Assembly (NCBI RefSeq): GCF_002113885.1
Contig: NW_018405822.1
Span: 87,176 to 151,175, forward strand
Length of the DNA stretch: 64,000 nucleotides
Source: Mizuhopecten yessoensis
Taxonomy: Eukaryota
Direction of reading: 5' to 3'
Part shown: positions 1-12,866 of the stretch, piece by piece
Position numbering within the stretch: position 1 is the stretch's first letter
Layout of the letters: each line of letters starts with the position of its first letter
Program-made: the position numbers and the translations under genes
Notes under the pieces: model-generated
What the model was told of the DNA's origin: nothing
Databases searched by the model: none
Seen by the model: the letters and a program-made list of their open reading frames with translations, nothing else

Positions 1-360
1 GGAGATACACTGTCAGGCCTACAGTACAGGAGATACACTGTCACACATACAGTACAGGAGATACACTGTCAGGCCTACAGTACGGGAGATACACTGCAAC
101 ACATACAGTATGGGAGATACACTGTCAGGCCTACAGTACAGGAGATACACTGTCAGGCCTACAGTACGGGAGATACACTGCAACACATACAGTACAGGAG
201 ATACACTGTCAGGCCTACAGTACAGGAGATACACTGTCAGGCCTACAGTACGGGAGATACACTGTCAGGCCTACAGTACGGGAGATCACTGTCAGGCCTA
301 CAGTACAGAAGATACACTGTCAGGCCTACAGTACGGGAGATACACTGTCAGACCTACAGC
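1..360. repeat. Minisatellite, ~28-bp unit (GGAGATACACTGTCAGGCCTACAGTACA)
   Basis: About 12 direct copies visible; the array runs off the window start. Confidence 0.95.
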
Positions 361-3084
361 AGGCCCATGCTGACCCGTCAGTATTCTAGTTTGATTAACA
401 ATTGACTGGGTTTTTTTCAAGGTCAAATGAATGGAATGTGTTGATTTTTTTTTTACAAGAAAAGTGGACAACGACGGACCTAAGGTAACTGCAATAGGTC
501 ACCCGAGTGACTATAGAAACATGTGTTGATAATAGTATAACTCTCGCGACAGTATATATTTGACGTTGCTATGCCACAATACTGACTATATAAGAAACAA
601 ACCACTTGTGTTATAAGAAATGGAACAGTGTTTTTATTCCAAAAATTAAATAACAAATATTTACATCATAGTTTTTATAGCATTCAAGATCAATAACAAT
701 GTTCTGTGAAGAAAATAGAATTCCCTATTTACAGCACACACACACACTTACAAATCAGTTTTACCTCCTTTGTTTACATGTAACATGTACATTTTTCATA
801 TTCTCACATTTATCACTCAAGGAAAGTTTTAAATTACAATTTTGAAGAATAAAGCCATGGTTTTTATCTTACTTCAATATTCGCCAGTTTCAGTTAAGCT
901 TAGAAGCATGTTTAATGAGATATGTTTGATATTTAAGGAATTCTGTGGAAAGAATGATACTACTTTTGTAATTAAATGAGGCATGTTCATGCATACTTTG
1001 TGATATATTAAAAATTCAATGAAAACAATGATGATACTATTTTAAATAAATGTCAATATGATATCTTAGATTAAATGGTTTCTGGAATGTTACGTTTGGA
1101 GGGGAATAGTAATCAGTAAACAAGTCACTTCTTCATGCAGCATTCTAGCCACTTTTATATGTTGTATGAAACTCTGGCAATCATTTGAAATCTGTTTTAT
1201 TATGAGCAGGAAGGTCTGCCTCTAACACCTGGTGGTGTATGTATCACACTATATCATGGGCTATATCTGCTATAAGAGACATTATGCACTTTTCCAACAA
1301 GTAAGTGGCACCCTGTTGATTTATCATTGACAAATTCTCAGTATTATAAATGTTTAATTGATGGACACTCGGGTGTTTTTTTGGTGAGACAATAAACTCT
1401 CTAGTTTTTTGTTTTCTTAATAATTTACATCAACATTTACATATAGAACAATCAGCACACACAAAATTTCTGTAATCTGTTCATTTGTACCATAACATAA
1501 CACATAAAACCAATATATCTTTTATCTCAACCCGGACATCATACACATAATGGCCAGATATCTTATATCTCAAACCCAGATATCATATACGTAATGACCA
1601 GATATCTGATATCTCATCCCCAGATATCAAATATTCCTTTCACAGATATCATATATATTATGGCCAGATATCTTTTATCTCGTACCCAGATATCATATAC
1701 GTAATGACCAGATATCTGATATCTCGTACCCAGATATCAGGTCTCTTATTACATATATGTATCCTATAGCTGGATATGATTGAGGGAAAAAACTGCTTAA
1801 GAATTAAATCTAACAATGTCATAAATCTGAATATGCATAACATGACAAAAACTGCCTACAAACAGATCCAACATCACACTCCTAGATGACTATCAATCTT
1901 GATGGAATGGTGAATCGAAGCGACAGATGTATTAGGTTACAAAGAATGCAAACACAAAGATCCTGATAGCAAACACACCCTAAAACTCAGTATAGTCCGA
2001 ACTCTATTTATCATCACATTTACAAAATCTTGCATAGCACACATGAACAAAGCTGCAAATTGACAGGATAAAATCCCTAGGTGGCACTGCTAGAATCACT
2101 AGGTATTTGGTGTTTAAACAAGTTAAGGGTACCTCAGCTTTTCCTCAACACAAAAATGACTTTTAAAACTATGATTACAAAAAATGATTGGATTCACAGT
2201 TGCAGTTATGATAAAAAATGAACTTTATAAAATGTCATTATTCAATTTTAACAGTGAGAAGCTATGAGACATCTCACAAATCTAAACTTGAGCAAAGTAA
2301 AATGATCAAGATTGGGTAACTACAAAATTAATTAAATATATACGTAGTAAATATGTGCCTGGCCCATCAATATCCAGGTGGTGTATGTACGGGGGGGGGG
2401 GNNNNNNNNNNNNNNNNNNNNNNNNNNNNNNNNNNNNNNNNNNNNNNNNNNNNNNNNNNNNNNNNNNNNNNNNNNNNNNNNNNNNNNNNGGGGGGGGGGG
2501 GGGGGGGGGGGTATTGGTGGTAAATATTCTGGTATAACTACATGATAACACATATCCTACCTTGCTGTGACAAGCATCTCTGTGTTTCACACTAAGAAAC
2601 ATTTAAAATGTCTTTTTGTTTTAACATGGTTGACTGATTTCATCTGTTAGAAATATTAGCTTGGCCTTGGTGAAATGATTGCAGCCACGGTAGAATGACA
2701 CAGACAATCCTCTCAATAATTAAATACATGTAAACCAAGTAAAATAAACAAAATGGCAAATATAACTCTAGCATAAATCAGTAGTAACATGTAAGATAGC
2801 ATAACATCCTTAAGCAATATCAAATGATATTTTATCAGACAACTGTAAAATGTTAAGAAAACATGCTGCTACGTGCTCTCAGAAGGTTTTAACACATGAA
2901 TGCTAATGTGGAATAAAAAACCTTGTTAAAATTATGTTATAAATTAAATCAAACAATTACTAATTAAAACAAACATTATGAAATCCATGAGAATGATGAC
3001 CATCTGAGTTTTGGGGTGGCTTGTCACCTCCCATTTTCAACCCTATTTGTACTGCTGAAAAAATATTGTGCAATAAAATGATTT

Positions 3085-3450
3085 ATTATTTCTTCATATT
3101 ATTCCCGACAAGTGATTGGCCAGAAGTGAATCACGTGTCCACCGATAAAAACTGATATTGACTTGGAGCGTGTGATTTTTGTTGAAGGACTGGGTGTTTC
3201 TAAAAATAGAATAATGACGTGTCTCCAAACGAACTTATCGTCCCCCTTCCGTAGCTTTTTGCTGTGTTTTTTCAGATTGCTTACATTACTGTTTAAAAAT
3301 AATAAAACAATTGTAGCCTTTGACTTCGGTCAATACCTGGATTTATCGACCCGAGAAAAGATATATTCCTGCGTCCTCTGTCAATATATCTTTTCTCGGG
3401 TCAATAAATCCAGGTATCGACCTCAGCCAAAGGCTATAATTGAATAATAA
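3085..3450. mobile_element. Non-autonomous element ending in a long hairpin (60-bp arms)
   Basis: 3308-3367 is the imperfect reverse complement of 3383-3442; left boundary approximate. Confidence 0.5.
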
Positions 3451-3681
3451 TATCAAATGTCAGTTATACAGTGAAATCTGATATAATTTTGCTGTTTTTG
3501 TTATGCTTTCCCAAAATTATGTTTGGGTTTTTGGAATATTTTTTGCGGAAAAAAATGCTGCAAAATTATCAACAAGTTCTCACGACTAATGCAGAAAACA
3601 TTTGTAGTTTAGTGGGAAAGTAAACACAGAAAATGTAGGTTACATAAACATTTAGCAGCATTTTCTAGTTACAATTACAAC

Positions 3682-4108
3682 TAGTGTTGGGAATCAGTTG
3701 AGATTTCAACATCGATGATCGGATATAATCGGTAAGTTTCAACCGAACGATTTTCGATTATTAATCGGTTAGCCTACCGTTACATAATCCTTAAAAATAT
3801 ATATTAATTTCAACTTTTCCGCGTAGTTTCGTATCTTTATTTTTTATCATACCATTTCAACGTAACAATCTTTATTGATAAACAGCTATCATTTTTTATT
3901 TTTTGCAATTAATTATGTTTAAATAGCATGATTGGTAAGAAGTTGTAGTTAAGAGTAAAATGACATAGAACTCCCGTTCTCTCTTAGTGAAAATGAAAGT
4001 AGAACTCGCACTTCCGGTTTTGAAAACAATCATCGATGTTGACATCTCATAATCGATTGTCGAGAATCGGTTGCCTTCCGATTAGATATCGATTATAATC
4101 TAACACTA
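3682..4108. mobile_element. hAT-like MITE
   Basis: Termini TAGTGTTGG...CTAACACTA; subterminal ATCGAT/AATCGG motifs at both ends; 8-bp ATTACAAC at 3674-3681 and 4117-4124. Confidence 0.7.
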
Positions 4109-4859
4109 TATATATAATTACAACACAGGTATACAGATATCTACACAAGACCAAAATTGCACCAAATTCGATGTGAATCTAGTACACACAAAAAAATGTC
4201 CTCAATGTAAAAACCTAAAAAGTTCAAAAGTCTAAATGTTTCACAAGGAAATTTGAATATATTATTCAAAAGATAAATTTCAAATGGTCTCGGTTATATT
4301 TTTGGAAAAATTTAAAACAAAAACGTGAGTTAATTTTCATTTTCAGAAATAGGTTACACAATATGCTTAATAAAGGTTCTCTCTTTTCAATAAAACAACA
4401 AGGTCATTGAACTTTTGAATTCAACAGTACTTTTGAATAAATTACAATCTCTAACGCATCATTAAACTAACTATATTTTACAAAAATTTAATTATAAATA
4501 ATTCCATACTTTTCATTCAATAAATACTTACAAACCTAGATTCTTACTTCTGCATGATAAACAATGACAGCTTTAAGCATCCTGACAATAGGCTAAATAT
4601 CAAATAACACCCGAACAAAAATTGCATATGGATATGTTTGAATGCATAAAGCAACCTATAACTGCCCTATATCAAATACCTTGTCTGATTCGTGATGGGT
4701 TTTTTATACTGTAAAAAAAACATGTTTATATCCATCCAAAGTTCCTCTCATCATTATGTACGGAACAAAAAGTTGGACAACTCTTTTCTATATTAATGAA
4801 TTTAAAAGTTCATTGTTTACATGCAACAAAAGAGCAGTAATAAAAGGATCCTATACACT

Positions 4860-6935
4860 GATGCATGGATCCAGAGCTTACAGCACATGATGTATGTAGC
4901 TTACAGCACATGATGTATGTAGCTTACAGCACATGATGTATGTAGCTTACAGCACGAGACGTATGGATCCTAGGCTTACAGCACATGATGTATGTAGCTT
5001 ACAGCACGAGACGTATGGATCCTAGGCTTACAGCACGAGACGTATGGATCCTAGGCTTACAGCACGTGATGTATGTAGCTTACAGCATGTGATGATGGCC
5101 CTAGAGCTTACAGCACGGGATGTATGGAAATGGAACTTACAGCACATGATGTATGGAGCTTACAGCATGTGACATATAGATAATGAGCTTACAGCACGTG
5201 ACATATGGAGCTTACAGCACATGATGTATTGAGCTTACAGCATGGTATGTATGGAGCTTACAGGACAGCTTACAGCGCATGATGTATGGAGATTACAGCA
5301 CAGGATGTATGGACCTTGAGCTTACAGCACATGATGTATGGATCAAGAGCTTACAGCATGTCATGTATGGGTCTGTAGCTTACAGCATGTCATGTATGGA
5401 TCCAGAGCTTACAGCACATGATGTATGTAGATTACAGCACGAGACGTATGTAGCTTACAGCAAAAGACGTATGGATCCTAGGCTTACAGCACGTGATGTA
5501 TGTAGCTTACAGCAAAAGACGTATGGATCCTAGGGTTACAGCACATGATGTATGGAGCCTAGGATTACAGCACATGATGTATGGAGCTTACAGGACAGAT
5601 TACAGCGCATGATGTATGGAGATTACAGCACAGGATGTATGTAGCTTACAGCACAAGACGTATGGAATTCTAGTCTTACAGCACATGATGTATGGAGCTT
5701 ACAGCATGTGACATATAGATAATGAGCTTACAGCACGTGACATATGGAGCTTACAGCACGAGACGTAGGGATCCTAGGCTTACAGCCCATGATGTATGTA
5801 GCTTACCGCACATGATGTATGTAGCGTACAGCACAAGACGTATGGAATTCTAGTCTTACAGCACATGATGTATGTATCCTAGGCTTACAGCACGAGACGT
5901 ATGTAGCTTACAGCACATGAGGTATGTAGCTTACAGCACAAGACGTTTGGATCCTAGGCTTACAGCCCATGATGTATGTAGCTTTCAGCACATGATGTAT
6001 GTATCCTAGGCTTACAGCACGTGATGTATGTAGCTTACCGCACATGATGTATGTAGCTTACAGCACGAGACGTATGGAATTCTAGGCTTACAGCACATGA
6101 TGTATGTAGCTTACAGCACGAGATGTATGGATCCTAGGCTTACAGCACATGATGTATGGATCCTAGGCTTACAGCACATGATGTATGTAGCTTACAGCAC
6201 AAGACGTATGGATCCTAGGCTTACAGCACATGATGTATGTAGCTTACAGCACGAGACGTATGGATCCTAGGCTTACAGCACATGAAGTATGTAGCTTACA
6301 GCACGAGATGTATGGATCAGGAGCTTACAGCACATGACGTATGGATCCTAGGCTTACAGCACGTGATGTATGTAGCTTACAGCACAAGACGTATGGATCC
6401 TAGGCTTACAGCACGTGATGTATGTAGCTTCCAGCACAAGACGTATGGATCCTAGGCTACAGCACATGATGTATGTAGCTTACAGCACGAGATGTATGGA
6501 TCAGGAGCTTACAGCACATGATGTATGGATCCTAGGCTTACAGCATGTGCTGTATGTAGCTTACAGCATGTGATGATGGCCCTAGAGCTTACAGCACGTG
6601 ATGTATGGAAATGGAACTTACAGCACATGATGTATGGAGCTGAGAGCACGTGACATATGGAGCTTACAGCACATGATGTATGGAGCTTACAGCATGGTAT
6701 GTATGGAGCTTACAGGACAGCTTACAGTGCATGATGTATGGAGATTACAGCACAGGATGTATGGACCTTGAGCTTACAGCATGGGATGAATGGATCCAGA
6801 GCTTACATCACGTGATGTATGGATCCGGAGCTTACATGTATGGATCCGGAGCTTACATGTATGGATCTGGAGCTTACAGCATGGGATGTATGGATCTGGA
6901 GCTTACAGTACAGGATGTATCGAGCTTACTGCACA
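4860..6935. repeat. Compound minisatellite, 23/30-bp units (AGCTTACAGCACATGATGTATGT, with or without GGATCCT)
   Basis: ~2 kb of tandem copies. Confidence 0.95.
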
Positions 6936-7944
6936 TACACATTTCTATACAATAAAATAATATTGACACTTTAAGAAATACTGATTCTGCCCTAATGACC
7001 ATTTTGCAGTGCCACACTTGCTCAATATGTAGTGATGATCAAACATTTCAAACTAAAACTATAATATCATTGTAAAGTAAGTCTAACTGATACAGTTAGT
7101 GTAACACTATATACCACAAATGTTCGCCCCTCCAAATAATGACCCCTACTCGCCCAGTGTTAATTTGGCCTTTCACATTTACATGTAATTACTACACATA
7201 TTACGTTGGTTACTAAAGTTGGCTGTAATAATAAATTTGTCATCATTGGGGAAAAAGACAAAAACTAAACTGCAGAGAAACTTTCCTGCTATACGGTACA
7301 TGTATAACTTTTAAAACCAAACTTGCATGTTTTAATGCATTGGAAATTGTTAATTTGTAGTTTTTATGAAAATAATCAAATACTTGGATAGACCTGTCAA
7401 TAAACTACACTTGAACTGAACACCCATATAAATGCAGTCTTGGTTTCACAATAACATATTTAAACCTGTAATTGTTATTGGACACTAACATATTCACTTC
7501 TAATATGTATTATCTGATGTTACATGTTCATATCATCTGAAATACTTACAATTTCAAATTCAAGACAAGAGGCCCATGTGCAATGGACAATGACGGCCAA
7601 TATGTCAACTGAAACTTTGTATCAGGCGACCTAAAACGTCGGCAGAAACTCACAGATAACCCCCATTATGTTTTCAAGTTTGAGCTTTGACTGATTGCCG
7701 CCAAAATCTAATCAAGTGAAGATGTGACCCTACTACTGTGTTAATCTGACTAATATCTATTGAGGGGTTATGAGACATCCTGTACAAGGTTTTTACAGAC
7801 GGACGGACACACTGACAAAGTGATAACCATAGATCTCCACTCAGTGGGAAGTATTAGATAACAAACTCAGTTCATGTACCATCAAATCAGAGTATGGAGA
7901 CAAGACCAGTGTAATGTATAATAAACCTATAAACACAATATTAA

Positions 7945-10900
7945 TTATCTATTAAAAGCGAGATTAGCTAGCGAGAGCAGATTGAGAGCCGCCTCTTCTT
8001 TCTCTGCCCCTTTAGGGGTCTCTGTTGTTTGAGATGTTTCTGTTGAAGTGTTGTCCTGGTTTGGTTTGGGTGGGACCTGATTCGAGAGATTTTGGTTATC
8101 CTCTACACCGTTGGTGACAGTATCTGGTTTGTGGTTATTGTCCATTGTCACCACCTTGGTTTGACGTACATTTGTACCCAAATCTACAACATTTTGAGAT
8201 CTGTAAAGTGCAACATTGTTGTTTAAAACCTCACTCTTAGGCTCCACTTGAGGGTTGTTTTGTAATGGAATTTCTGCCTGAACTGGCAAAGACACAGAAA
8301 CTGCTCCTTGTTGAACGAAAGCAGCCTGGGGGATTTGGGGGGATTTCAGTAACTCAGCAATATTCTGAGTCTTCAACACTTTCATATTATCTGTGTTTGA
8401 CGGGGAGTTCTGCTGACCTTGCTGTGGGAAAATAATCTGTGTCTTTTTGGAAGTGCCAGGCATCACAATGTAGCCCTGGCCAGATCCAATCAGGCTACTA
8501 ATGTTAGGGGAGACCTGATACCCTATCTGTGTTCTATTGTCGGTTTGAACATGGAAAGTCTTATGATTTGTGGTGTCAGCCATTTTGTTGTTAGGAGCTA
8601 CACCAGCTGTACTAGCTACAGAGGAATGACCAGTAAGTCTGACCGTTATATCTTGCACATTGCTTTGTTGTTGACCAAGGAGCTGGCTGATCTTAAGATT
8701 TGAGGATGCAGTAATTTGGTTGCGGTTCACAAGTCCAACATTGTCTGTAGCTGGAATTGTTTTTCCTGTTGTCAAAGCTGGAGAAATGATGTGGTGCAGT
8801 TCGTTTCCTGTTAAAGTGCGAGACGTGCTCCCTAATTGCTGAGACAACACACTGGAAGTTACATTCACTGTGGCAGTCCTAACAGATTGTGGAGTATTCG
8901 TGATAGAATGATGAGACGCAACACTAGCAGTCACAAATGTTGGAGACACCACCCCTTTGGTACTCCTTGTGGATACACCACCAACTGAGGGAGACATGTT
9001 GATAGCCGACACACTAGGAAGCACTCTCCCTACTGAGGGAGACATGGTGATAGCCGACACACTTGGAAGCACTCTCCCTACTGAGGGATTTACCTTTGTA
9101 GATTGATTGGTGAGGATACTGCCCGGGCTGGAAGTAACAATAGCAACATCATTTGATCTGGCTACACTAGCAGTTAGACTTTCAGTAGCACTTGAAGACT
9201 GTGACCCAAACACAGGTTTAGTGGGGACTACATATCTCACCATATTAGCACCAGACACAATTGTCACTGGAGGATTGATGGGACCTTTCTGACCTAGGGA
9301 TAGCGGTGGTGACACCGTCTTGGCCTGGGGGAGGAGCACCTTAAGTACACCATTGTCAACTGTAACTGGCACGCCTTGAGGGGTGACCAGCTGACCACCA
9401 ATATTGTATAGAAAGAGTTTTTGGGATCCACCTACTTGGGAGGTGGTGGCTTTTGCAGGCGACAGGAGCGGTCCTGTATTGGGACTGACGATGGTATCTG
9501 GGAGACTCATGACCACAGATTGTTGAGATGGAGTCTGCAAGCGAACTTGTGAGGCAGCTGTGTTAAACCTAACAACATTTGCCTGTTGTACTGTCCCAAT
9601 GGTAGTTGTGTTGGTCTTGACAACACCTAATTTCTGGTGGAGAGGATTGGTGGGGAGGACTGGTTTTTCTGTGGCCTGTGAAGTACTGACAGGGGCAACA
9701 GATCCCATCACAGGTGTCTGCAACTGAGTTTTTGATACATTTGCTTGCACAGGTTTCCCGTTAGCTGCTTGAAGATCAAAGTTTAGCTTTACTTTTGAGA
9801 GTTGCGTGGCATTTTGGTCTTGTGTTACCTTGGCAGAGGACACTAGAGGGACTTTTATTTGTGTTTGTTGTAGGACTGGCGAGTTGAGTCTCAGGGTGAG
9901 CTGCTTTGGCTGCTGGGTGCCTGTTCCAATGCTGGTACCCTGTAGGCGTTTTTGAGGTGACAAAAGCAACATTGTCTGGCCACCCTGGAGATTTTGCTTA
10001 CCAGGGGGTCGAATCATGGCCTGGCCTTTCACTCCAGGTGAGGCAGGGACCTGTAATACCATATGATTAGGAATCTGATTGACTAGAGCGGACGATGACT
10101 GTCCAGAAAGCTGGAGCTGTGCTGCAGCCAGTTGTTTGATAAGGTCTGAGGATGACCCCTGTCCAATGTTACCAAGCACCACGGGAGCCTGGTTTGCTAT
10201 TGGACTGGTCAATTGTTGACCAATTATTTGACTGCTGCTGCCCGACAAACACAACTGCTGACCAATAACTGAAGGTGAGGTACTTGGAATGTTCATTTGC
10301 TGATTTGGCAATCGTAGGATCTGGCCTGAACTTCCAGCGACCTTGACCCCAGGCTGTCCAAGTAACTGAAGATTTCCTGCCATTGTTGTTTGACCTATGA
10401 CACCAGTCTTGTTAAGGGGGTTGGCTATCTGCCCTAAAACTGTTGCGAAATTTCCCATAGGACTAGCAAGCTGGCCAAGTAGGGGAGAGGTCAGCTGGAG
10501 TGGCGCCTGAGGAACTGGCCCAGGGGAGGAGGGAACCATCTGACTAGCCTGACCTCCAGAGGACCCTGTAGAACCTGCCAGTGTAACGATAGGGTAGATA
10601 TGTCCGAGTGTGTTATTGGAGCTTACTAAGGAAGGATTAGACACACAAGTCGAAACTGTCGACGACACCATGTTAGAAAGGTTGATGGAATTGTTCCCAA
10701 GAATTGTCACATTGTTACCGCCTTCTTGTAGTTTGAGCTGGCCTCCAACATTGACAAAGTTCATCCCTTGGATCAGACCTGGCATCAGAAGACCTTGACC
10801 TTGGGCCTGGAGTTTTGTAATTCCCCCTAGGTCCAGCAGAGTTGATGCCCCACCTCCCACTGCCTGGAGACGCCCCTTCTGGGTGTCCACGACGGAGCTG

Positions 10901-12866
10901 GACGATTTGTCATTACAAACTGATGGCTTAACACTAGCTGACGATATCACACTTGTTGATAGCACAGGGGTGGTATTAATTATCGAGCTCACAGATTTGG
11001 TCCCAATAGCATCGCTTCCTCCAGACCTAACAAGTCCAGTTATGAGATTTCCTGCCTGACTATGCACTCCTGCTGCGAACAATGTCTTCTCCTGTGTCCC
11101 AGCAATGCTCTGAATCAAGTTGCTAGGTGAGGATCCATAGTTACTTTGTACAAAACTTGCAGGCTGAACCACCTTCCCACAATTTTGCAGTGTTTTTCTC
11201 ATGTTCTGCTTTATTGTGCTGTTACTTTGAGACACACTTATCAGCTGATTCCCAGACACTAATGATGTCACACTTCCTGCCTTGAATCCCAGCTGGACAG
11301 GCATGCTGCTCAGGCTACCTACTGCACCTTGTGATAGGGTTTGGAGATTGAGGGCCCCTGAAGTGAGATTTTGGCTAGTGATAATTCCTGGTGTGATGGT
11401 TTGCTTGTTGACAGTCCCTGGTGCGAGAGTTTGGGTTTTGAGTATACTTTGAGTAATAGTTTGGTTGTTGAGTGCCCCCTGGTTTAATAACTGAGTGTTG
11501 GCTTGCTGTTGTAGAGCAGCTTGGGGTATGATCAGCCCTTGAGGGGTCAAGTATCCTTGCATTACTCCCTGCTGTGATTGCTGTACACTGTGTGGCAGCA
11601 CCTTCACAGTCATGTTCTTCTGATCTTGTGGTTGTTGTGCAGCTGCAAGAACCATATTTCCTAGTTCACTGGATTTGTTGAGAGTTGTCAACCTGATTTG
11701 GTTATTTCCAGCCTGAAGTTGTGTCAGCAATGATTGGTTGGTCTGGCTTGGTGGCGAGGTAACATTTACTGAGGTGTGACCTGACAATGCCATAGGATCT
11801 AATCTGGGTGCTGTAGGTATGGGACTTTTCATACTCTGTATGGTTTTCGTGACATTGTAGCGTGGCTGAATGGCAGGCATCGCTGACGGAGCTGGGACTT
11901 TGATGTTCACTGTGGGGAGAGAAGTAGGGACATCCGTCACCACGGCCTGGACTGCAGAGTCCAATGCAGCCTTACTTGGGATCTTTAAAGTCTTTATCCC
12001 AGTGGACGTGGGATGTAACAACACAGTGGGTGTAGAGGATGTTATTTCACTAGTCTTTTTAACAAGAATGGGCTTTGGAGATTCTCCTGGTATTTTTTCT
12101 GCATCCTTTCGTGCCTCCAGCAAAGTTTTCACAGTGACATTGTTTGCGTACTTGTAAGGCTGTCTGTTAGGAGAAGTGGATGAGATGTTTGTGGGGGACA
12201 GAGAACTACTGTTTGATGTCACCTGGGGTTTACCAACTGTTGGCATCGCCACACCACTCACTACACCAACACTTCCTACACTCCCCTCAATGTTTGCATT
12301 TGATACTTCTTTTAACGCAAAAGTGGACTCAATTTGAGAAGTGGACATCACAATGCCTCCAGTTGATGCAGTGATTGCATGGTGTAGTTGCCCGATGGAT
12401 GAGTTTGTAGAAGGCACATTCATATGTATATTGACGAGAGCATTGTTGATCTGGGGAATCCTTTTCTTGACCACAGACGACCCTGGTGTTGCTGGTGCAG
12501 CAGAGCTCACTTGTGTACTAACTGGGAGTCGTATCATTGTCTTTGGAACACTAGACTGGGGCAGCCCACCAGGTGTCTGTTCTGATACTGTCCTCACAGG
12601 TGTGTTCTGTGCGGTCTGGATCTGTAATCCAGCAATGGTCTGGCTCTGACTAGAAGAGGTGGGTCCCTGAGGGTTGACTGTGGTGAGCAGGACCATGCCA
12701 GACTGGTTAGGGCCTGGTGGGATCTTGAGGGCATTGGACTTAATGAGTTGTTGTAGGACAGACGGAGGTAGAGTGTTAATGTTGGCTGCATAGTACTGAA
12801 TCTTGCCACCTGCAGAGGCCATACTTGGGAGCTGGGGGTCTACAGCACCACCGACCATAGAAAGAC
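7945..12866 (-). CDS. BRD10: BRD10 terminal coding exon 16 (4922 nt; Q/S/T/P/G/V-rich low-complexity region)
   Basis: 1637-aa ORF extended upstream to acceptor tttcag at 12868-12867; ends EEAALNLLSLANLAFNR-TAA. Confidence 0.88.

Noticed and set aside
2391-2511. Poly-G tracts / polyproline ORF
   Set aside because: Homopolymer flanking an assembly gap; true sequence unknown
19-6955. ORFs at 19-373, 5279-5533 and 6680-6955
   Set aside because: All lie within minisatellite arrays
8419-12649. Several plus-strand ORFs of 60-100 aa
   Set aside because: Antisense shadows of BRD10 exon 16
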